The position numbers were made by a program, and so were the translations under genes. Positions 54,506-64,000 of a stretch of DNA of 64,000 nucleotides are shown here, piece by piece (the stretch's first letter is position 1; the number at the start of each line of letters is the position of its first letter). Source of the DNA: Lepidodermella squamata (Eukaryota; Animalia; Gastrotricha); NCBI GenBank assembly GCA_047495785.1, contig JBLDXI010000029.1, positions 1,116,001 through 1,180,000 of the forward strand. Direction: 5' to 3'. The notes beneath the pieces are model-generated. The model saw only the letters and a list, made by a program, of their open reading frames with translations, searched no databases and was not told the DNA's origin.

Positions 54506-56824
54506 TCATTCTCTGGCTACCGTTTGCACGTGTCCGCTATCGCCGCTCCGTAATCCGGCCCTGGGTGAGCCTGGGCTCGGACTAAGGACACTGTTTGAAG
54601 ATTGCTCGACCTGACGAGTTTTTGGTAATCCAAAGCCGAGCAAACTGCAAACCACCGATGACTGAATTGCAGTGGCGAATAAAATGGCAATCTCTACGCC
54701 TGCGATGGATTCTATGCTGAATGCAATGAGCAAGGTCGCTGGTAAAAGAGTTGTACAGATTAGGATAGAGAGAGCGATGCGCTTTTGTCGATTGAACCTC
54801 CTGGAATGCTTGAGAAATTCTCGCAGCTTGATAACACACCCTAACGCTGCCAGCAAAACAGCCGCATTCAATCCAAGCGTTGCTGCGATCCATTCTGTTA
54901 AGTGACGGGAGTAGCAGTAACTATTTCTCTTGAAAACTAGAATATCGTCCTTCTCGTTAAACTGAGAAAATGCTTCGGAAGCTTGCAGGAATGGTCGGTC
55001 AAATATGAACCATAGTATGGGTAATAGAAAAGCCAAGATAGCTTCAGGTATAGCCTTCTTTAACGTCTTTCTAACCACGGGCTGTTCTCGTTTCAGAGTT
55101 CTACGCATCCGCTTAGAATGTGAGCTTACCACCGTTCTTATTGCAGATAACTGGCTGTGAGCAGCAACTGCCACTAGTATGTAGAAAAACATCCAGCCTA
55201 CTCCACCAAAGAAGATTGCGAGTTGACATGACACTGCTGATTTTAAATGTCGCGGCAGCGCATTTAATGTCGAGCCTAGAGCTTGCAGGCAAATGCTTAT
55301 CAAGAATTCGACTGCCTCCAATGAATCTCTGTTGTATTTCATGGCAATAATCGAGAGCAGCTGAATTGCAACTGGGATAGTCGCAGCTATGGTGAAACAA
55401 GTGAAAACTCCTTCACTGATGCCTCCTTGGTCAACAAATCGACTTGGTGAATCGTTGGGAATCTTTCCAAATTTCAGTGGAATTTCGGCCGTATATGAAG
55501 AGAGATTAGTAACAGTTTCATTTTCCCTCATTTTGACAAGGTTCATTATTTGCAGGCCGGTTAAACGATTCCATTTTCCGATAAACTGCGGAATGTAGTC
55601 GGCTTCTCCGCGCTGGGAATAACGAAACCTGCCGAATTGAAGACTTTTGAAATCTGTTTGGAGCAAACTTATATTAAAAGCTTGCATTACTTCATCCGGG
55701 TTGCTCTGGTAATCTCTAAGCGACAAATATTTGGCCTTCAGTAGTTTTTCCGATCTATCCAAAGCCATTAATCCCTGTAGAACGAGATCGTACCTTATAT
55801 GCCGATATGGGTAGTCGACTGCCATTTTATTCCCACCATATTTCGTCTGGAACATGTTTTCAAATTCTTGAAGTGTGACACCCAATTCGTCCTTGCGATC
55901 ATTTGGTGGAACAAACCCAGCCGGGAGCCCGATGTATACCGTCTGCTCTAGCTGCTGCTTGATATGGTCAGATTTACACCCTGGGCGCAAGAGGAATTCG
56001 GGCAAGGAATTCGGGTCAAATGAAGTAAGCATGTTCAGGATAAACATGTATCGTTCTCCCCGCATGCCATTCGCATACGTCTGGCATAAAAAGTCGATAT
56101 TAAGCCGATAATTGTCGGATTGTAAAATGAAAATCCGGTAGTGCTTTGCTGTGAATGATTGCATCAGTTCATCGCTTGCATCAGTGACGTACTCAAATGA
56201 TTGTAAGTTTATTCCGAATTGTTGGCATAGCTCATAAATCAGGGTCGAAGATTCCAACGCATATGACGACGCAGAGCTCAGAAGAGCAACATTCGACCAT
56301 TTTGCGATGTCTTTAATGAAATACAGTTGGGCCATTGTAAATGTTTCTATAGGACTAACTGATCGATAAAAGTTAGGATAACGACCTCGGTTAGCAGTTA
56401 GCGATCGAGACGGGCAACTAGCCGCCAAAGCCACCATGTTCAGGTGATGAGCGACTCCTGCCCAGGCTTTACAGCCCAGTGGGAATAATAGTCCAAGAGT
56501 AAGAGGAGATATGAATACACCTTTGTTATGCTCATAGCGTCGAATGAAATCAAACATGGATGATACAGCTAGTGAACTTTCAGCCTCTTCATTTACAACT
56601 TCGACTTCCACGTTGTAGTCCGGGAGAATATCGCTTCGGTTGTTAACTAGATCGACTGCCATTTGTTGAGCAGATATCGATTGTTCAAAGCCACTGATTA
56701 AACCAGTCAAAGGCAAATACACTGGCAGCTTTAGGCGGTATGGCTTTATTGCAATTGAGAAACTGAATGTCTGGCAACTGATATACCCCATCAATAGGTA
56801 GAAATCAGCGTTATGAAAAATCAT
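54506..56824 (-). CDS. Divergent GABA-B-receptor-like class C GPCR (Venus flytrap domain + 7TM), intronless
   Basis: 772-aa uninterrupted ORF; AQQMAVDLVNNRSDILPDYNV, RGRYPNFYRS, WSNVALL, YRIFIL (periplasmic-binding/ANF-receptor fold); seven hydrophobic segments ending GFGLPK; no Cys-rich linker domain, as in the GABA-B type. Confidence 0.85.
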   Translation of the reverse strand: MIFHNADFYLLMGYISCQTFSFSIAIKPYRLKLPVYLPLTGLISGFEQSISAQQMAVDLVNNRSDILPDYNVEVEVVNEEAESSLAVSSMFDFIRRYEHNKGVFISPLTLGLLFPLGCKAWAGVAHHLNMVALAASCPSRSLTANRGRYPNFYRSVSPIETFTMAQLYFIKDIAKWSNVALLSSASSYALESSTLIYELCQQFGINLQSFEYVTDASDELMQSFTAKHYRIFILQSDNYRLNIDFLCQTYANGMRGERYMFILNMLTSFDPNSLPEFLLRPGCKSDHIKQQLEQTVYIGLPAGFVPPNDRKDELGVTLQEFENMFQTKYGGNKMAVDYPYRHIRYDLVLQGLMALDRSEKLLKAKYLSLRDYQSNPDEVMQAFNISLLQTDFKSLQFGRFRYSQRGEADYIPQFIGKWNRLTGLQIMNLVKMRENETVTNLSSYTAEIPLKFGKIPNDSPSRFVDQGGISEGVFTCFTIAATIPVAIQLLSIIAMKYNRDSLEAVEFLISICLQALGSTLNALPRHLKSAVSCQLAIFFGGVGWMFFYILVAVAAHSQLSAIRTVVSSHSKRMRRTLKREQPVVRKTLKKAIPEAILAFLLPILWFIFDRPFLQASEAFSQFNEKDDILVFKRNSYCYSRHLTEWIAATLGLNAAVLLAALGCVIKLREFLKHSRRFNRQKRIALSILICTTLLPATLLIAFSIESIAGVEIAILFATAIQSSVVCSLLGFGLPKTRQVEQSSNSVLSPSPGSPRAGLRSGDSGHVQTVARE

Positions 56825-57397
56825 TTTCGGGTTTAAGTGATGTATCTAATGAAGAAAACAGCGACGACTGTCAACCCGCGACGTCGTGCAATGAGTATTA
56901 CGCAAATCCCGACTAATCGAAGACGTGACAATTATGGCCCTCAGCTAATTTTCGACCGATAGGCCGCTCATCTACATAAGTTGCGTCTATTATCGCCTAC
57001 GATGACAGTTCGAAACTAGTTCGAAACCTTGTGTGGAATGTTCCACGTTGTAGAATCTTGGATCTTTAAACGAACAATCTCAAGCTTCGTGAGTGAGCGA
57101 AAGCTCAACCGAATTGCATCTTTTCAGTCTGTATGCTTCGAAGCTCTAGTTCTTTATGAGTGTCATCCTAAGCAGAAACCTTCGTAACATGTAGTTAAGA
57201 AGGTAGTTTAGGCTGAGCTTTCTCCAAAATCGAAGAATTTTGTTTGGTGATCATGGCACGCAAATATTTATAGTGTGAAAGCGGATAAAAAAGTCAAGCG
57301 GCTTAAGAACTGATAAGTATCTTTTTATTCACAACGCCATAAAAAATATTAGATTCGCGCTATTAGCTCAAACAAAAATACAATAGGTATCGATGAA

Positions 57398-58460
57398 TCA
57401 TTGTCGTTCATTTGGTTTCCGGTTCAAATGCAAGCCAACAGGCCAAGAAAATACGAATTGCCGCGTTCCAAGTTCAGCCTTCCATCTGAAAAAAATAGGA
57501 AACATTTTTCGAAATTAAAACATATAGATTTCACAACTTTTCGTGGAAATTATCCAAATACGCTGTATTTCCGACTTTTTTGCAGTACTGCTGCCAACCG
57601 GACCAAGACCGTAAATAGCCCATAAATAGGTCCAGATTCCAGTTCATACCCATGCGAAGTTCGTAAGTCCTAACCGCCTGAGGGTACGGCAGGTCGTAAT
57701 TCGAGTACAGCAAATCAACATCTTTCCGAATTTTCGGCGGAAAATAATTATTTGCAATTAGCAAATGGTAAAACTGTAAAAAATGATTGTTACATAATCA
57801 TGAAAAACTGAGAAACAATTAAACCTCAAGAAAATCGTCGTTGAATTTTTGAATCAATTTTTCGCCCTTTTCCTCCGCGATTTCTGCGTTATCAACCGGC
57901 CGTAGACACCCAGTTCCGTAGACGCCCAGGGCCATGACTCCGCCGGGTTTCAGAACTCGATCGACCTCGGAGTAAAATTTCTTAATATCGAACCAATGCG
58001 CGGCTTGGAAAACTTGAATGTAATCGCAAGAATTGTTTCTCAACGGTAATGAATGATCAGAACCGATGCTGTAAAAAATTAACGTTGAAAAATCGAAATT
58101 TTCGGATTTTTGTTTAATTTTACAAAAAATCGCCATTTTTCTCGCAGATTTTGTCCGTTTTCGCCTCTTGAACTTGAGCGGCCGAGACGTCCATGCCCAA
58201 AACTAGGTCAAACATCCGGCCCAGGTAGGCAGTGGCCTGGCCTGATCCGCAGCCGACGTCTAACGCTCCTGTTGGTTCACTTTTCGCACCATTATTCCAC
58301 TTAATTAACAAAAAATTCAGGAAAATTTAGATAATTCCTGAATTTTTACAGTTTGGAGGGTCGACTCGATGTAGGCGAAAATGTGTTCAGAATAAGCGGG
58401 TCTGAAGGCCTTATAAAGCGACGCGTGGCCCTTGCCGGCGAACAAAGACGCGAAAGTCAT
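57398..58460 (-). CDS. Class I SAM-dependent methyltransferase (Methyltransf_11 / trans-aconitate methyltransferase-like), copy A
   Basis: HASLYKAFRPAY, ALDVGCGSGQAT, QAAHWFD, RVLKPGG, YLRSWSGWQ, WPVGL; ~50 nt introns. Confidence 0.9.
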
Positions 58461-58573
58461 TTTAGCAAAACGCCTAAAAAAATTGAAATATTCAAAAATA
58501 ATTTCAATTTTAAAATGCAGGTCGTTGACTTGAATCAATAAAATCACAATAAAATAAAGTTGAATCTCAATAG

Positions 58574-61500
58574 TTAATTAGAAACCGGTTTCCTGGAGAA
58601 AACAGCACCGAGAGGCCATGAAAAACAAATTTCAGCAGTTCCGAATCGATCTTTCCACCTTAAAATAGTTCGAAAATTACCAATTTCTAAATTTGAGAAA
58701 ATTCGAAACAAACTTTGTTTCAAGATTGTCCAGTAGAGAAGTGTCGCCAATTTTCTTCTCGTACAGCTGCCAGCCTGACCAAGTTTTCAAATAATTCACG
58801 AATCGTTCTACATTCCAACGCTCTTGCATTTTTAAATCATACAAACTGTTTTTAACAAATTAAAAATTCTATTTTTCAAACATTTCGAAATATTTTACCG
58901 AATCTCGTTGGGATACGGCAGAGGGAATTCGCGGTACAAAGTGTCGATTTGATGCATGACATGAGCCGGAAAATAATTTCCCCGAAGTAGAAATTCGTAA
59001 AACTGGAAAATAAATCGGGTTAAAATTTGAAAATCAAGATATAAACCGGTCTATACCTCTTTTATTTCAGCAGTAAATTTATCCAATTCCCCCGAGCCAA
59101 TTTTTTCAGCAATTTCCTTGTTATCCGCGGGCTCGACGATTGGGACTGTGTAAGCAGTAAGCACAAGGACTCCGCCAGGCTTCAGAATTCGATCAACTTC
59201 GGGGTAAAATTTGGCTAAATCGAACCAATGAGCGGCTTCGAAAGCTTGAATGTAACAACAAGATTGGTCTCGAAACGGCAGATACGACGCAGAACCGACG
59301 CTAAAATAATTAAGAAATGAGGTTAATGGGAAATAATCCGTAACTATGGCACATGGTGGGCTGTGGGATATCCAATCTCGAACGGAAATGACATCAATCA
59401 CCCGTAAATCGCCACCCCAAAAATCGAAAGGGATTATTACTGGTTATTTCTGTTCCCTTTTCTCCTATTGATTTTAGGCCTATTTCCGCCATTTCGTTCT
59501 CTCATTATTCATTTCTTTTCTCTAAATCTTTAACAGGTTCCCGATCTGATCGCTGAACCACTCGAAGCTAGAAAACTATGGAAGGTCTATTTCCACAATC
59601 CACAACGGAATTGTGAAATTAATTCATCTCTATCAAACGCCTGTGGCAGGAGAGTAATAATTCTACGAATTGCTTTAATAAGCTGAAAAAACGGCCAAGA
59701 CTTTGATATCTTGGTAGTAGCAAACAAAATGGGTAGCCAGCCGGCGGTCCCAAAAAATGGTCCTATTTGCTGCATTTTGTTCATGACAGTAATTAATCAG
59801 TTTCATGACATTTTGAATTTGACATTTCTTCCGAATTTAGCCCGATGAGCATCGCCGCTACTTTGCAGAACCTGATCGGCCAAACGCAACATTCGGAATG
59901 ATTCCGAATCCAACCTGTACGTATTCCGAATTCGGCAACTTCTGTGGTCATCGATATCTGATATCTGACCACATATCGATTTGGAAAATGGCGGTACTAT
60001 CTCACCCGCTGAGCTTCAAAGGGTCGTTTTCCTCATAATCTGCATCTGCCATCCAACAGGCTAAGCATTTCGGCCGCTTCCTCATCGAACGGTTCGAGTG
60101 AGTATGACGAGTTTGGCCTGGAATCTTATTATGGTCGCCATGTTCACTTCATTTCATTTCTCATTTCTCAGATCGTTCGGCGGTTTCTAACAGATATCAA
60201 CCCAGGAGAAAAAATGTGCTACAATGTGCTACAAATGTGGCGGGATTTTCTGGCAGGGCGAAGTTATCGGACCGTTCATAACAGCTTTCTCGGGAGAATC
60301 GACTCAAACAGGCGACAGTTACTTGAAGATGCTGAAGGAAAAAGTTATGCCAGCTTTGCAAAAAATTGGACAAACATTTTTCAAAAGCCTCATTCGACTG
60401 GGGCGACCTCGAAGCCGGTCGTCGGGCTTGATCGCCTTGCATTCGCTCTCAACGACGACATGCATAAGTGCGACGAGAAAATACCTATTCTTTCCGATCA
60501 ATCGTCACGGTCACGGTTGAGGAATCGTCCGTATGTTGTGACGTCAATTTTATCGACCGATACTGCGTCTCCCTCGACCCATCGGCCTTCGAGAAAAGGT
60601 TCGAAGCCAGTCACCTACATCACTTTACAGCCGAGTTCGAACCTCATTCGAATTCACATTCGAGCGGGCACTTTTCCGATTTAGCGGCCATGTTTCTAAC
60701 CATAATAATTCAGCTAAGCAAATCGCCGATGTAGTTTTCAGGTTTTGAATTTCTTTAATGCTCAAAGCAATAAGCAGTAAGCCTAGGTCTGTAAAATTGA
60801 TTGATATTGCCGATGGCTTTCCTCTTGATCTTGATCTTCCTCGATTTGTTAGATCATTTAAGTCTCTCAAGCATCGTGGCAGCATCTTTTATCAAGGTCT
60901 TGCTGTTATGATTGGAAAATCCTCACCAAATTGGTTTTGTTCAGCTGAAAATATCCCACAATCTGCTGTCATTATATCAATAATCAGGCTGGATGATCAT
61001 ATTTTGTAATTGGTTCGAGAAGCCGAATTCGGCTCGCTTGATAAGGATATAATGGAACTTCCGATTCGTCAAACACCTAGAGTATCTGCTATTAAAATAG
61101 CCGATCTTGAAGTAAAAAAATCGGTTTTCACCTATCGCAGACTCAGCTATATGCCGCGGATCCATTAACGTGTAAATAGGTGATCACCGAGCACCGAGTA
61201 GCTATTTTAGCTCGGTATCACTAAGTTTTTCTCACTATGATGGTCAAGTTGAACAAGGCAATGTCACGAAAAGGGCGATCGATATTTCTTTCAACCCGCA
61301 CAGTGCGACATTTTCGTTCAATTACTTGGCAAGTACATCTACAACCTCATCTCATGGTCAAACTCTATGTAAGACCAGCAAAACTCAACTTCTAATTGGT
61401 CACTTGTGAAATCGTCAAAAATTGATAACAAAAAACAGCAAGGATTCAATCTTACATGAATGATCCTTTCGATTGGCAAACTTGTGAATCGTAAGCTTCG

Positions 61501-61799
61501 GTTAGTTGCGGGAAGGACGGGTCGAGCCCAACAATCGAATCGAATACCTCGCTCAGGTAGTCCGTCGCCTGGCCACTGCCGCAGCCAATATCAACCGCAA
61601 CATTATAGTCGTTTTTATCTATCCACTAAATTTGAGCAATTTTCAATTAAATTATTCCACGAATTATGATAAAATTTACCCCATTAATTACGCCGAAAAT
61701 TCGCTGGAAAATGGCTTTGGAATAAGATGGTCGGTAACTTTTGTATAAATTAGCATGTCCCTTATCTGCGAAACGCTCAGTAAATTTTACTTCGGACAT
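58574..61799 (-). CDS. SAM-dependent methyltransferase, copy B (intron 2 expanded to ~2.15 kb)
   Basis: 5' exons 61799-61456 (HANLYKSYRPSY, DIGCGSGQAT); resumes at 59300 (VGSASYLPFRDQSC, EAAHWFD, RILKPGG); same exon layout as the paralogs. Confidence 0.85.
59330..61430. mobile_element. Composite degenerate TE insertion in the copy B intron, including a Tc1/mariner-like transposase fragment and a possible LINE RT fragment
   Basis: 60224-60385 (+) reads CGGIFWQGEVIGPF...SGESTQTGDSYLKMLKEKVMPAL, like the segment between catalytic Asp residues of Tc1/mariner transposases; ~61200-61400 (+) has frameshifted LGIT...W...KLYVRP, like a LINE RT C-terminus. The matching intron is ~50 nt in the paralogs. 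Confidence 0.55.
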
Positions 61800-61976
61800 T
61801 TCAATAAAAATCCTAAAATATTGAATAAATTATTTCTTCACTAGCATCACTACTTTTGGATCAAAAAATCTCAATAGGTTTCTTCAGGGATAGAAAAATG
61901 TTAGTTGACTTGGAGGAAGTAAAATCTGGAATGACTGGAATTGAAAAAATGTCCTCGTAAAATACTGGCATTAAAT

Positions 61977-63096
61977 TCATTTCAACGGCTTTCGAGAAAA
62001 GGAAAGACCAACAGGCCACGTGAAGCACACCGGGGCATCTCCAAATAAGCCACTCCATCTGAAAAAAAAATCCATAAATTTTTCAAAATTTAATAATGTT
62101 TTCAATTTACTTGGCCGATAGATTATCCAGTAACGACGAGTCACCCGTATTTTTCACGTGAATTTGCCACGTCGACCACGTCCTCATATAATTTACGTAT
62201 CGATCAACGGTCCAACGCTCTTTCATTTTCACATCGAACAATCTTAAAAATTGGGTATAAAAATATTTAAAATTTTTTAAAACTTTTTTCGGACCTGATT
62301 TGTTCATCAAAAGGCAGTGGCAGATTACGATACAAACTCGAGACATGCTCAACAACTTTGCTAGGCATCAGACCGCTTTTGAACTGAGTGTCGTAAAACT
62401 GAAAAATTTGAATAAATTGTTCAAGATATTCACCGATTTTTTTCAAATCACAAACCGACTCCAACTCGGCATTGAATTCTTTGAATTTTTCGACGCCGTG
62501 TCTAGCGATTAAATCTTGATTTTCATCCTGCTCGATATATGACGAGCCATAGATGGCTAGGACTATGCTTCCTCCAGGCTTGAGGACGCGATCAACCTCG
62601 GCGTAAAATGTGGGCAAATCAAACCAATGGGCAGCCGTAAACGCTTGGATAAAGCAACAGGATGTGTCCCGAAATGGCAAATAAGACGCCGATCCAACTC
62701 TGAAAAATTTAGATTTTTTCAATTTTTCAATGAAAATAGTTGAAACTAACATAAACGAAGCTTTTGATCGGCAAACTCCGGAATTATAAGCCTCCACTAG
62801 TTGCGAAAACGAGGGGTCTAGCCCGACTATTGAGTCGAAAATATTGGCCAAATAATCGGAGGCTTGGCCACTTCCACAACCAATGTCAATCGCAACATTG
62901 TAATCGCTTTTATCAATCCACTATTTCAGGTAAATTATCTTCGATCAGTTAGAACAGCTGCAATTTTTAATCTTACTGGATTGATTATTTCTTGGATTTT
63001 ATCGAAAATTTCTTTGGAATAAGTTGGCCGGTATGATTTGTACAAATTAGCGTGGCCTTTGTCCGCGAAACGTTCGGTATATTTTACAGAAGTCAT
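61977..63096 (-). CDS. SAM-dependent methyltransferase, copy C
   Basis: MTSVKYTERFADKGHANLYKSYRPTY, DIGCGSGQAS, TAAHWFD, RVLKPGG, YMRTWSTWQ, WPVGL. Confidence 0.9.
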
Positions 63097-63198
63097 TTGA
63101 TAGTAAATTTGATTGCCTAAAAATGAATAAAGAAAAGGATTCAAATTTCAGAGATTCGATAACAAAATTGAACAAAATGAAAGATTGAAAATTCTATG

Positions 63199-64000
63199 CT
63201 ACAGTGGTTTCCTGGAAAATATCAAACCAACTGGCCATGAAAAGCATAGTAAGGTGTCACCAAAAATGTGTTTCCATCTAGAATTAGAATTTTTTCTCAT
63301 AAAATTACAATTTAAATCAAAATTCAAACTTTGATTCAAAATCGCCAAGCTTTGACGAGTCGCCAGTTTTTTGGATGTAAATTCGCCAACCGGACCAAGT
63401 TTTCAGGTAACTGACGAATCGTTCGATGGTCCAGTTTTCGCGCATTTTCAAATCGCGAAATCTTCGAGAAATCACATCATAAATAAAGAAAATGTTGCCT
63501 AATTTCCTATTTACCTGATTTGCTCTTGATATGGCAGTGGAAAATTTTGGAAAAGACCATAGACATGCTCCGCAATACCACGAGGCATTAGCCCATTGAG
63601 AAAATAGAAATCATACAACTAAATTTCGAATTATAATAAATAATTTCCCGTAATTCTCCTAAAGAAACAAACATTTTTTAATTCCGCGTTTAGTTTTTCG
63701 AACGATTCAGCGCCAAATTCTGGGACCAGGTGTTGGTTTTCGCTTAATTCAGGGTAAGATGCCGCGTAGACTGCTAAGACTAAACCTCCTCCGGGTTTCA
63801 AAATACGATCAACCTCGGCATAAAACACCGGTATATCGAACCAATGAGCAGCAGTGAAAGCTTGAATTAAGCTACAAGATTCGTCTCGAAACGGCAGATA
63901 AGACGCTGATCCAGCTCTTTAATTGGCAACGTTCAATTTTTTTTATGTAACTCACGAATTCAAAACTAACATAAAAGATCCTTTCGATTCGCAAATTTCT
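63199..64000 (-). CDS. SAM-dependent methyltransferase, copy D (5' part beyond the window)
   Basis: GSASYLPFRDESC, TAAHWFD, RILKPGG, YLKTWSGW, WPVGL..RKPL-stop. Confidence 0.88.

Noticed and set aside
52990-56824. Neuropeptide and adjacent GPCR as a ligand-receptor pair
   Set aside because: Only adjacency supports it; neuropeptides generally act on class A/B GPCRs, while VFT class C receptors mostly bind small molecules.

Overview
Eukaryotic (invertebrate animal) genomic DNA with many 45-60 nt GT-AG introns and several microexons; I cannot identify the taxon. Two kinds of territory alternate. Gene-dense blocks: 0-8 kb holds a mucin/Pro-rich LamG-like membrane protein, tRNA-Ser, two orphan paralogs and a double catalytically dead trypsin-like protein; 24-28 kb holds a Cys-rich, probably GPI-anchored protein and a tRNA cluster; 53-64 kb holds a neuropeptide precursor, an intronless GABA-B-like class C GPCR and four head-to-tail SAM methyltransferases. 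Large low-complexity noncoding domains surround two transcription-factor genes, a triple Myb/SANT trihelix protein (14.2-18.0 kb) and SoxC (32.0-34.8 kb, with an ~18 kb upstream desert). A mosaic repeat/TE-relic block lies at 19.3-23.5 kb. Best leads: (1) a neuropeptide precursor I cannot place in a known family; (2) a recurrent TTAAGGYGG(A)TTTTT motif concentrated in the TF noncoding domains; (3) operon-like spacing with apparently unpaired splice acceptors in the methyltransferase array. All exon boundaries were read by eye; no database searches were run.
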